DNA of 24,292 bases from a virus (Duplodnaviria; Caudoviricetes). Below the pieces are notes generated by a model. The model saw only the letters and a list, made by a program, of their open reading frames with translations, did not search any database and was not told the origin of the DNA. Positions 16,500 to 24,242 of this stretch are shown here, piece after piece. The stretch spans positions 1-24,292 of the IMG/VR virus record IMGVR_UViG_3300037461_000397; one strand, written 5' to 3'. How positions within the stretch are numbered: the stretch's first letter is position 1; every line of letters starts with the position of its first letter. Made by a program: the position numbers and the translations under genes.

Positions 16500-16961
16500 T
16501 TAGTTCTCATGTCCGCTTATGGACACGGTTTCTTCGATGTAGATGTTTGCCGCAGACTTCAGAGCCAGCCTGCCGGATACTGCCCATATAGTGCCAAGGC
16601 CAATGATGTCCTCAAGGGTGAGAATGTCCTGGTCACACACTATGAGTTGTTCGTTGACAGTGGCGTCGCCAACGAGAATAGGGCAGTCCTCAATCATTCC
16701 CTCGGCTGCCGAAAATTCAGCAAGCGTAATGTCGCCGCCCAGATAAATACCACGGGGGACAGCTGATCCATCAACTCCGTTTACAGCGACCCACGGAGTC
16801 CAGAGTTCGTCACCCCCAACAACCTTGGCGAGAATAGTCCCGCGCAGGAGAGGACCAGTTCGCTGGGCATTGAGGTCCATCACCGTCCCGTTTTTCACGA
16901 GACTGTTTTCGCTTAATATGATGGGTTCGGTGGTGTTATCGAGTCTGTTTTGTACGGCCAT
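16500..16961 (-). CDS. Head decoration protein (gpD-like)
   Basis: LLRGTILAK and DGSAVPRGIY motifs; lies between the protease/scaffold and capsid genes. Confidence 0.8.
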   Translation of the reverse strand: MAVQNRLDNTTEPIILSENSLVKNGTVMDLNAQRTGPLLRGTILAKVVGGDELWTPWVAVNGVDGSAVPRGIYLGGDITLAEFSAAEGMIEDCPILVGDATVNEQLIVCDQDILTLEDIIGLGTIWAVSGRLALKSAANIYIEETVSISGHEN

Positions 16962-16962
16962 G

Positions 16963-17355
16963 TTATACCTCCAGTCCGAGTGCGAGCTTGTCGCGTTTGA
17001 TCATTTCGGCGACCGAGTATATTTCGGGAGCCGGGGTGTGTTGCCCCTGGGTGGACGCGCTCTGCTGGGACTCAACGGCTGCGTTTTGGGACGACACCAG
17101 TTCTTTCAGCATGTCGGCGTTCGCTGCAAGCGCCTCAAGGGCATCAATCGACTTTTTGCCCTGCATGACGTCTATAGCGAGGCCCTTAACCGCTGCCGGG
17201 TAATCTGCGCTTTCCGCAAACTTTGCGGCCCTGGCATTTATTGACAGCTGGTCTTCCTTGCCTTGCTTGTATCCCGCCTCGGTTGCGGCCTTTACTGCGG
17301 CCTCATGCTCGATCCTCGCGGCGGGATTCTCTTTGAGAAATTGTTCAAGGGTCAT
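16963..17355 (-). CDS. Nested in-frame scaffolding protein (Nu3-like, 130 aa)
   Basis: Internal CAGGAGGATTCT-ATG, in frame, giving MTLEQFLKENPA...; Ala/Glu/Lys-rich helical sequence. Confidence 0.75.
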   Translation of the reverse strand: MTLEQFLKENPAARIEHEAAVKAATEAGYKQGKEDQLSINARAAKFAESADYPAAVKGLAIDVMQGKKSIDALEALAANADMLKELVSSQNAAVESQQSASTQGQHTPAPEIYSVAEMIKRDKLALGLEV

Positions 17356-18051
17356 AGAATCCTCCTGATAATTATTATCCCGCGTTTCTGTGGCGGGGTT
17401 GTGTGCTGGCTGGAGTGGCCTGAGCAGTGCGGCGATTTTTTCAACGTCACACCGGTCAGCCGGTTCATTGAGTTTTTTGCTAAGTGCGGAAAATTTCATT
17501 TTTCCGGATGCCATGGCGGCTGAACGGTCCTTATCGGATTCTGTCTTAATGATTTCATCGACGAACCCGGCGGTCTTGATCTCATCGCCGAAATACCATG
17601 TTTCGTCGTCCATCATGCGGCGGATTTCTTTTTCGTTTTTCCCGGTTTTCGCCGTATACGCCTTTCCGATGATGCCGTTCATTCCATCAAGGACTTCGGC
17701 CATTTTCCGCATGTCGCGGTAATCGCCGACAACTCCGCCCCAGGCGTTGTGAATCATAAAAATGGCGTTGTCTTCAGCAGCCACGAGATCCCATGCGGGA
17801 TTGACAGCCAAATATGAGGCCATGCTCATGGCGTCGCCTTTTATCGTGAGTGACAACTGTGCTGCGGGGTAGGTTCGCTTGTAATCGCGGAAAAGGTTAT
17901 AAATCTCTATGCCGTCTGTTACGAATCCTCCCGGGCTGGCAAGATGAACATCGAGATCGGCTCCAGCTGCGGCGTCAATTTCACCGCGCACACCCGAAGG
18001 GGTGATGTCCCACCCGATTTCTCCGCTTAGTATTATTTTTTTTACTGTCAT
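16963..18051 (-). CDS. Prohead maturation protease, ClpP (S14) type, with C-terminal scaffold
   Basis: LASPGGFV, AMSMAS (Ser), FMIHNAW (His) and MMDDETWY...GFVDEI; start placed at ATG 18051 because the longer track start runs through a terminator. Confidence 0.93.
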   Translation of the reverse strand: MTVKKIILSGEIGWDITPSGVRGEIDAAAGADLDVHLASPGGFVTDGIEIYNLFRDYKRTYPAAQLSLTIKGDAMSMASYLAVNPAWDLVAAEDNAIFMIHNAWGGVVGDYRDMRKMAEVLDGMNGIIGKAYTAKTGKNEKEIRRMMDDETWYFGDEIKTAGFVDEIIKTESDKDRSAAMASGKMKFSALSKKLNEPADRCDVEKIAALLRPLQPAHNPATETRDNNYQEDSMTLEQFLKENPAARIEHEAAVKAATEAGYKQGKEDQLSINARAAKFAESADYPAAVKGLAIDVMQGKKSIDALEALAANADMLKELVSSQNAAVESQQSASTQGQHTPAPEIYSVAEMIKRDKLALGLEV

Positions 18052-18062
18052 AATTTTTGCAT

Positions 18063-18099
18063 AAAAAAAGCCCGCACCGGTTGAACCGATACGGGCTTT
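18063..18099 (-). terminator. Intrinsic terminator immediately upstream of the protease/capsid genes
   Basis: AAA-GCCCGTATCGG-ttcaa-CCGGTGCGGGC-TTTTTTT: an 11-bp stem (two G-U pairs) and 7 U, ending 11 nt before ATG 18051. Confidence 0.85.
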
Positions 18100-18145
18100 C
18101 AAGAAATCTCAAAAAGAGGCTTAAAAGATATCCGTTAAAATATAG

Positions 18146-18277
18146 TTAGAAATTCTTGATCTCTTGGCGAATCACGATCTGGATCCCGCGAAAACCTCCC
18201 TGGTGAAATGTAATTTCAACGTTACCGCTGAATTTTTTTTGTGACAGATTTTTTAAATAATTGATGAGTCGTTCCAT
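18146..18277 (-). CDS. Small DUF2292/YezD-like protein (43 aa, not in the ORF track)
   Basis: MERLINYLKNLSQKKFSGNVEITFHQGGFRGIQIVIRQEIKNF: a helix then G-x-V-E-I-T-x-H-x-G beta hairpin, resembling DUF2292 from memory. Confidence 0.65.
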   Translation of the reverse strand: MERLINYLKNLSQKKFSGNVEITFHQGGFRGIQIVIRQEIKNF

Positions 18278-18285
18278 TTGGCGTA

Positions 18286-18315
18286 AATATAGTCACGGGA
18301 CATAATTCTTGTCAA
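18286..18315 (-). promoter_or_regulatory. Putative sigma70-type promoter
   Basis: TTGACA (18315-18310), 18-nt spacer, TATATT (18291-18286); ATG 18277 lies 8 nt after the -10 box. Confidence 0.7.
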
Positions 18316-18491
18316 GTTTTTTTCAGATAATTATTTTCAATCTCCCAGTGGCTGGTGATGTACAAGAACTGCTCAATACAGAAAATTCGGCGGGTCTCGG
18401 TGCATTTAAATTCACAGCGGCCACAAAGGGTGTCACGAATGTGACAGTATACCTCAGGCCACTCTCGATATTCAGGTTTTTGGGAGGCCAT
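18312..18491 (-). CDS. Small Cys-rich protein (about 59 aa)
   Basis: MASQKPEYREWPEVYCHIRDTLCGRCEFKCTETRRIFCIEQF...; start at ATG 18491 overlapping the upstream gene is preferred to the track's 18539. Confidence 0.5.
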   Translation of the reverse strand: MASQKPEYREWPEVYCHIRDTLCGRCEFKCTETRRIFCIEQFLYITSHWEIENNYLKKT

Positions 18492-18759
18492 TTTTCCAGC
18501 CTCTGATTTCATCAACACCGGTCTGCACTGTTCGCACAAGGTCGAACAGCTTGTCTATTGAGTGTCGCACTGCCTGCAGGTTCTCGGTGTCCCTGGCGTG
18601 CTCCTCCTCATGCTTCTTGACGCAGGAATGACGGTGCATGTCGATCACGGTATTTGTTTTCATGATTCGTCCCTCCAGGCGGATGAGCCAGACGATGAAT
18701 CCGACGGCGGCGAGTGTGATTGAAAATATAAGCGGGAGCCACGAGGTGAAATTCTGCAT
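18472..18759 (-). CDS. Single-TM coiled-coil membrane protein (holin-like)
   Basis: N-terminal TM (WLPLIFSITLAAVGFIVWLIRLEGRI) followed by a coiled coil; GAGG SD. Holin role is inference only. Confidence 0.6.
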   Translation of the reverse strand: MQNFTSWLPLIFSITLAAVGFIVWLIRLEGRIMKTNTVIDMHRHSCVKKHEEEHARDTENLQAVRHSIDKLFDLVRTVQTGVDEIRGWKNGLPKT

Positions 18760-18771
18760 TTATTTAATCCT

Positions 18772-19284
18772 CTATACCAGTGATGTGTCGTAAACATGCC
18801 CATAGAATTTAACCCTGACCGTCCTGGCCTGCGCGGTGCTGTCAGAGAAACGGCATGAAATACGTGTGTTCGCCGGTTGCTGCGGGATCTGCACTGGCAT
18901 GGCCCCTTCCCTGGAGAAATTCGTTGTCCTTGATACATCAACAGCGCCGATCTGTACTTCAGATGGCGCCGGGCCTGCGAAAATATCAATCACGCCATCA
19001 AGCTCCGCTGATATCGTTGATATTGACGCCCAGTGAAGGTCGAAATTCTTAGTAATGGCGTTTGCCGGGATTACCTCGATTTTATTCCCTGTGATGGCCC
19101 ATGCACCTGCGGCGCTGGTCAGTTCAACCGGAGCTGCCTTGTCGGGATAAATAAACGACGCGCCATGGACGTGGAAATACCCGGTCCTCAGATACCCCAT
19201 TATGGTGGTGATATCGTCAGGGTCATAAGGGACATGAACATAATCAAAAAACGCACCCAGGATGTTTCCGATTGGTCCTATCAT
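18772..19284 (-). CDS. Putative virion structural protein (beta-sandwich)
   Basis: 170 aa, beta-rich (IEVIPANAITKNFDLHW, IDIFAG, PANTRISCRF), coupled within the head operon. Confidence 0.6.
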   Translation of the reverse strand: MIGPIGNILGAFFDYVHVPYDPDDITTIMGYLRTGYFHVHGASFIYPDKAAPVELTSAAGAWAITGNKIEVIPANAITKNFDLHWASISTISAELDGVIDIFAGPAPSEVQIGAVDVSRTTNFSREGAMPVQIPQQPANTRISCRFSDSTAQARTVRVKFYGHVYDTSLV

Positions 19285-19550
19285 AAATCGACCCTCACCT
19301 GGCCCTTGTTTCCTACTGCCATCATGTACACGTCGATTGCTTCAGGAGCGCTGATAACCTCATAATTCGTGGTCAAAAACACCTCGACCCCTTCCTCGAA
19401 CGCCGTTGGCTTTTCACCGCCGGCCATCCGGTATGTTGAAATATACGAGGCTGGTTTTAAATCAGCCTTGAAAACTTGTCCCGACGTAACAGATGCGGCA
19501 ACGCATGCCCAGGTGTTTTTCGGTAATCGCACAAACTTAGGATTCGCCAT
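19281..19550 (-). CDS. Small beta-rich hypothetical head-region protein (about 89 aa)
   Basis: MANPKFVRLPKNTW...GQVRVDL; start near the portal stop (19550 or 19562) rather than the track's 19730; its TGA overlaps the next ATG. Confidence 0.65.
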   Translation of the reverse strand: MANPKFVRLPKNTWACVAASVTSGQVFKADLKPASYISTYRMAGGEKPTAFEEGVEVFLTTNYEVISAPEAIDVYMMAVGNKGQVRVDL

Positions 19551-21213
19551 TTCCACCGCCATTATTATTATTCTCATCTTGTGGCGCAGCTGCAGGCGCA
19601 GCTGCCTTCGCAAACGGGGATGGCGGCAGCTCTGCAAATTGGCGAGTATTTGCCGCCCGGTTCGCCTTGCCTGAGGATCCATTGTATTCACGGGCAACGT
19701 CATCGAGCGTCTGCGCCCCGAGCTCAACATATGCGCGGTCTGCCTCAGCTGCTTTCAGCGGGTCAATGTTCGGTATGGGCTGGCCCTGCCATGTGCCTGA
19801 CATCCAGGCTGCACGAAGGACCGGATCTGACCACCCGGGAGCCGAGATTTTGCCGGCAGCGATATATTCAGATAATACCATTTCAAGTATGGGATCCAGA
19901 AAATCTGCGACCATTTCGTTCCGTTCGATCTGTGCCGTTCTCCATATCAGGAGCAATGTGCCGCGGCTGGCGCTGTAATTATTCTGGAATTTCTTCAGCA
20001 CCACCTCGTTTGACCATCCGAGTGATGCGGCGATATATTCACACACGAAATTATAGAATTTTTCAAATTGAGCAGACGGAGCGGTTGATTGCAGGTTTAT
20101 CCATTTATCCCCGCGCTTCAGGTTTGCCACGAGTGTTGATCCTGGCTGTCTGATCGTCGCCTCTGGCTGCAGATCCCAGTTTATCGCTGGGGTGCCGGTC
20201 AGCGTGTCGTCGCTCTGATCTGCATATGATGCCTGCTGTTCAGCATAGGATATGGGGGGACCAACCTTTCTGCCTTCGAGCGGATTTGACGGCGCCTGCA
20301 TTTCGTTTTCAATGGCCGCCATAAATGACGCCTGGTTTATGGCCTTCTGGAGCTCAGAAAATTTCAGGTCGGTCAGGTCTGACAGCTCCTGAATGAGGTG
20401 GGCCATTTTGGAGTATCCGCGGCCCTGGCCGGCATATTCAGGGTTGAACCCGTGGAGCATCATGGTTCGGCCTGATTTTTCACCCACCGCGGGGATGGTC
20501 GATTCACTGTATTTTCCATCCTGCGAAACTGTCCAGACCTTGAACCCTGTTTCTCTTCCATTTCCGTCGCGGATAATTCCATCATCGCGCGCAGAATTCC
20601 AGAGCGACGACGTTGAGCCGTATCCGTTTATTTGGTTTGGGTCAATAAATTCGATCTGTACCGGGTTTATTTGGTCCCTATCCCGGCCATAATACAGGCG
20701 GGTAAAAATGTCGTTGTCGCGCTGCTGGAATAACTGGTACAGCCTCTGGTTCTGGTAGAAATTATTAACGCGCCTGCGGTCTGACTTTTTCGATTGCGCC
20801 CAGAGATGGACCATATTCCCGACCAGTTCCGCCCACTGCTCTCCCTGTTCCATGGTAAGGCCAAGAATGTCAATATCTGGCTGTGGTTTCCATCGTAGGC
20901 CGACATCCACAACGGTATCGACTATCGATGTAACGAGCGCCCTGGCCTCCACGCTGTCGTACATGGCGTCCCTGGCTTCCTGCATGATCTTGAAATGGTG
21001 ATGGAAATTTATTGCGGTTGAATTCCCGCGGGAGAGTCCCCCGGGATACTTTGCCCCGCCGCCGAACGACGTGACAGGGACCGACATGCCGCTTCCCATA
21101 ATAGCAGCGCGGCCAGATTCAAGCTCCTGTTTTTCATATTGTTCCTGACATACCGGAAAGGTGAACACTGCAGGCGGGTAGGATACGGCGTTCATGACAG
21201 CGGACAGGTTCAC
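19537..21213 (-). CDS. Portal protein, lambda family
   Basis: VVDVGLRWKPQPD, QIEFIDP, GQGRGYS, NYSASRGTLL, W...PNIDPLKAAEA; GTGA overlap with the upstream gene. Confidence 0.95.
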   Translation of the reverse strand: MNLSAVMNAVSYPPAVFTFPVCQEQYEKQELESGRAAIMGSGMSVPVTSFGGGAKYPGGLSRGNSTAINFHHHFKIMQEARDAMYDSVEARALVTSIVDTVVDVGLRWKPQPDIDILGLTMEQGEQWAELVGNMVHLWAQSKKSDRRRVNNFYQNQRLYQLFQQRDNDIFTRLYYGRDRDQINPVQIEFIDPNQINGYGSTSSLWNSARDDGIIRDGNGRETGFKVWTVSQDGKYSESTIPAVGEKSGRTMMLHGFNPEYAGQGRGYSKMAHLIQELSDLTDLKFSELQKAINQASFMAAIENEMQAPSNPLEGRKVGPPISYAEQQASYADQSDDTLTGTPAINWDLQPEATIRQPGSTLVANLKRGDKWINLQSTAPSAQFEKFYNFVCEYIAASLGWSNEVVLKKFQNNYSASRGTLLLIWRTAQIERNEMVADFLDPILEMVLSEYIAAGKISAPGWSDPVLRAAWMSGTWQGQPIPNIDPLKAAEADRAYVELGAQTLDDVAREYNGSSGKANRAANTRQFAELPPSPFAKAAAPAAAPQDENNNNGGGNGES

Positions 21214-21485
21214 GGCTTCCTCCTGACCTTGACGGAAACGAGTCCCATATTATACAGGTCATTTATCACGCTTGCCTCTTCGGCCTCCAGGCGCTGAATA
21301 TTGTCAAGGATGTCGGTGAGACTGCGGCGCTTTGTTTTCTGCTTTCCGTCGCCGCTGTCGAATTCGTAAGACTCGTTTTCTGTTGCGGCAAGACTTTCAT
21401 ACTGGGAATACAGCGCTTCGAGTGCGTCCTGGATTCGTTTTAGTTTCGCGAGTAATCGCGCATTTCTTATGGAGGCGTAGGTCAT
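21210..21485 (-). CDS. gpW-like head completion protein
   Basis: Helix, beta hairpin, helix (ESYEFDSGDGKQKTKRRSLTDILDNIQRLE) between TerL and portal, as in lambda. Confidence 0.78.
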   Translation of the reverse strand: MTYASIRNARLLAKLKRIQDALEALYSQYESLAATENESYEFDSGDGKQKTKRRSLTDILDNIQRLEAEEASVINDLYNMGLVSVKVRRKP

Positions 21486-21503
21486 GGGACATAACTTTCA
21501 TAA

Positions 21504-23483
21504 TTATTTTTTAATGTCAACCCTTTTTATTGCGGTCTGTCGTGTCATTTCATCGATGACGGTTCGGTGAGTGATTTTCAAAATATCATGCGATGACGCC
21601 TTGTTCTGCTTTGCCCAGGTGCGGTAATTCAAAACTTCAGAATCCAGCCATATGTCGGCGGCGCACAGGCATCCGACACGGCAGTCCAGCGCCTCGTTCC
21701 TGCGGCTCTTTGAGTCAAATGACCCATCGGCCATTTTTTCCTCAGCGGTGAGCATGTCGAAATAATGCTGTCCATAATCAATGGGGAAATCGCAAAATCC
21801 TGGCTTTTGTTCCCCGGACTCCTGCCGCCTGATTTTCAGATTATTATAAACCTGGTTTTTATAATACACAGTGCTGATCTCATACAATGAAATCTCCTCG
21901 TTGAGTTTTGAAAGCCGATATCGCTTGAACGAGCTGTCGGTGAGCTCATCTGGCTTTTCCTTTTTTCGCTGGTGGATCTCTTTGAATCCTTTGCTGGGAA
22001 ATGTGTTCTGCAGTCGGTTGCAAAACCGGTATACTATGTCGGACATTTCACCGTCTCCGGAGTCTATAAGCGCAAGCCTCACTGGAAAACGGAAACTGTC
22101 TTCACGCCTGGAATAGGTGAACTCTGTTGTGATGATGTACTGAAACAGATCCTCCCACGATCCAGCATATGGATCATCGACCATGCCATCAAATCGCCGA
22201 TAGATTATCGACCAGCTGCGATACCCAGCCCCGATACCGAGGACCTCCATTTCAAGGCGGGGCGGATTCTCTGGGTCGTTTTTACTCCCGCGCTGAACGT
22301 CCACAAAGGCGGTGAGATACAGCACGCCAGGTGGAACCGTCCCCTCCCGGTACTTCCCGCGGTTCTCGAGAACAATCTCAGCCTTTGGCCTACTGCCGCT
22401 CGCCACATAGGGCAACCCATCCTGGTGGTTCGTAAAAACCCTCATGCCATCCGGAGAGCGCTGTGCCTTCTGGTATGAAGTCCAGTAGTCCAGCCATGAA
22501 AAACCGCCATATGGTGCGAGCAGTGAATTCAAGTGGAACGACCGCCGCAATCGCTCTGGTTTCGTCTTCGGTTCCCATCTGCCCGATTTTATCATCCATG
22601 GTTTGCTGTTCTCAAATATTGCGTCATGGCAATGATCACAAAGATAATACACAAAATCGACGGCGCCGTTCTTCAGCTCAACACGCAATCCATGAGATCC
22701 CCGCTCCGTTCCTCGTTCCAAAAATTGGAATTTATTACAGTGAGGGCACGGGACCAGATATTCACATTGATCACCCAGGAGAAATCTCCGATAAATCGTC
22801 GATGATTGGAATTCGGTCGCCGTTGAAAATGCGCCGACTTTTCGGCGGTTTCCCCATCCCTTTGTTCGCGCTTCTGCGTTTTCATCCCAGAATCCTTCAC
22901 CGGTATTCAGTAGGGGAGGGGCCGCGTCAAGCTCATCCAGGAGCAGGATCCGCACAGAGTCGGCCCGCTGTGATGACGCCGCCTGGGCGCTGCCGCGCTC
23001 GAGAAAACCGCCATGGAATAATTTTCGTTTTGAGGTGTCCCCTGTCCTGCGGCTCTTTTCATTCTCCACTGGAGATATCATTTTATCACGGATCCCCAGG
23101 CTGTCGATCAGCGGCTCCAGCCGCTTATCCCACCATTTTGATAGGAGGTCTTCTGTGCCGCTCATAAACAGGATAGGGGCCGGACATGCCCCCATATAAT
23201 AACCGCAGATACATTCAAGGATAAATGATTTCACCAGCTGGGAGGCGCTCATCACGTCCACGAATTGCGTTGGATCATGCGGACTCATGCAGTCCATTAT
23301 CTCAACGGCATACTGTGTTCGGGATAAATCGACAGGACCGGGGAACGGCGTATTCGTTGGCATGATGCGCCTTGCCTGGATGTACTCGCTGACATGGCGC
23401 GGTGGTGGATCTGTCGGCATATCATCGATGATCGATTCAAGAATGGCGATGTCGTTCTGATAATCAGTCAGAGAGGGGCTCAT
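21504..23483 (-). CDS. terL: Terminase large subunit, GpA family
   Basis: RTQYAVEIMD, Walker B VRILLLDELD, AEARTK, CPHC/CDHC knuckles, SFHLNSLLAP, FVDVQ, IDSG and RNEALDCRV. Confidence 0.97.
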   Translation of the reverse strand: MSPSLTDYQNDIAILESIIDDMPTDPPPRHVSEYIQARRIMPTNTPFPGPVDLSRTQYAVEIMDCMSPHDPTQFVDVMSASQLVKSFILECICGYYMGACPAPILFMSGTEDLLSKWWDKRLEPLIDSLGIRDKMISPVENEKSRRTGDTSKRKLFHGGFLERGSAQAASSQRADSVRILLLDELDAAPPLLNTGEGFWDENAEARTKGWGNRRKVGAFSTATEFQSSTIYRRFLLGDQCEYLVPCPHCNKFQFLERGTERGSHGLRVELKNGAVDFVYYLCDHCHDAIFENSKPWMIKSGRWEPKTKPERLRRSFHLNSLLAPYGGFSWLDYWTSYQKAQRSPDGMRVFTNHQDGLPYVASGSRPKAEIVLENRGKYREGTVPPGVLYLTAFVDVQRGSKNDPENPPRLEMEVLGIGAGYRSWSIIYRRFDGMVDDPYAGSWEDLFQYIITTEFTYSRREDSFRFPVRLALIDSGDGEMSDIVYRFCNRLQNTFPSKGFKEIHQRKKEKPDELTDSSFKRYRLSKLNEEISLYEISTVYYKNQVYNNLKIRRQESGEQKPGFCDFPIDYGQHYFDMLTAEEKMADGSFDSKSRRNEALDCRVGCLCAADIWLDSEVLNYRTWAKQNKASSHDILKITHRTVIDEMTRQTAIKRVDIKK

Positions 23484-24207
23484 CTTTTACCAGCTTAAAA
23501 AACTTGTTCAGCTCACCCTTGATATTTTTTAAAATAGTAAAACATGCCTCATCAATAATCCTGTCGGCCTCTGTCATGCTTTCCGGTTTGTTCCCGGTGA
23601 ACATGTCTATTTTTTTTCCAACCATTTCAGGGGTGATCGTTATCGTTTCGCTCATGGCACCAGCGAGGCCTGGTACAATCTTCGTATTCAAGGTGAGGAA
23701 CTGCGTCCGGTGGATTTCGTAAACACGGCCAAGCGTGTTCTTGATCAGCTTAATATTCACGAGCTCATGGCGCCGCTCTTCTCGGTTTTGTTTTATGGAT
23801 TTCATCTGCTCATATGATTTCAGCTTATCAACCCAGGCCTTTGGCAGTTGCAGGGCCGCGGTAATTGTCAGGGCCCCCGCCTCGATCATCTGGATGATTT
23901 CCGGAGGTATTCCGTCAATATCTCCTGCCGGCTGCTGGACAAGGGGGTTTTCTCCTCCGGGGGGACCGACCGTACCAGGACCTGCTTTCTTTTTTGACGC
24001 CTTTTTACTGCTGAAACTTTGACCGGCTTTCTTGTCCTTCAGGGAAATGGCCCAGTCCCTGTTTACTGGATCGTCGGGATCGATGTGTTTTTTCCCGCGA
24101 TACATTACCGTCTTTATCAACCCAAGCTTGATTGCTTTTGAAACTGCCTGCCGGGATTCATTTATGTGGATGGCGTATTTGTTTGGAATGAGGAGGTTTT
24201 GGCTCAT
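23464..24207 (-). CDS. terS: Terminase small subunit (Nu1-like)
   Basis: N-terminal winged-HTH-like YAIHINESRQAVSKAIKLGLI...IDP, then a coiled coil (REERRHELV); overlaps the TerL start. Confidence 0.8.
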   Translation of the reverse strand: MSQNLLIPNKYAIHINESRQAVSKAIKLGLIKTVMYRGKKHIDPDDPVNRDWAISLKDKKAGQSFSSKKASKKKAGPGTVGPPGGENPLVQQPAGDIDGIPPEIIQMIEAGALTITAALQLPKAWVDKLKSYEQMKSIKQNREERRHELVNIKLIKNTLGRVYEIHRTQFLTLNTKIVPGLAGAMSETITITPEMVGKKIDMFTGNKPESMTEADRIIDEACFTILKNIKGELNKFFKLVKDEPLSD

Positions 24208-24213
24208 AGTTGA

Positions 24214-24242
24214 AAATTAAACAAAATATATTAAATTGTCAA
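24214..24242 (-). promoter_or_regulatory. Putative sigma70-type promoter giving a leaderless terS mRNA
   Basis: TTGACA (24242-24237), 17-nt spacer, TAATTT (24219-24214), 6 nt, then ATG 24207; no SD upstream. Confidence 0.7.

Larger units (their letters stand above)
1814..24242 (-). mobile_element. Phage/prophage virion morphogenesis module (lambda-like head, Mu-like contractile tail)
   Basis: About 30 tightly packed or overlapping minus-strand ORFs in the order terminase, portal, protease, capsid, neck, sheath, tube, chaperone, tape measure, baseplate, fibre. No att site or integrase is visible, so free phage versus prophage cannot be decided. Confidence 0.97.

Noticed and set aside
18052-18102. 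Track's TTG start for the protease
   Set aside because: The extension is the terminator hairpin itself; the ClpP-like sequence begins at MTVKKIILSGEIG.
19551-19730. Track's N-terminal extension of ORF 19281-19730
   Set aside because: It overlaps the portal C-terminus by about 190 nt and reads as off-frame low-complexity sequence (RLRRQLRLQLR); a start near 19550 fits better.
8994-23167. Long plus-strand ORFs in the track (e.g. 8994-9569, 10056-10706, 13196-13723, 19581-20153, 22463-23167)
   Set aside because: They are antisense shadows of well-supported minus-strand structural genes, with no SD or recognisable motifs.
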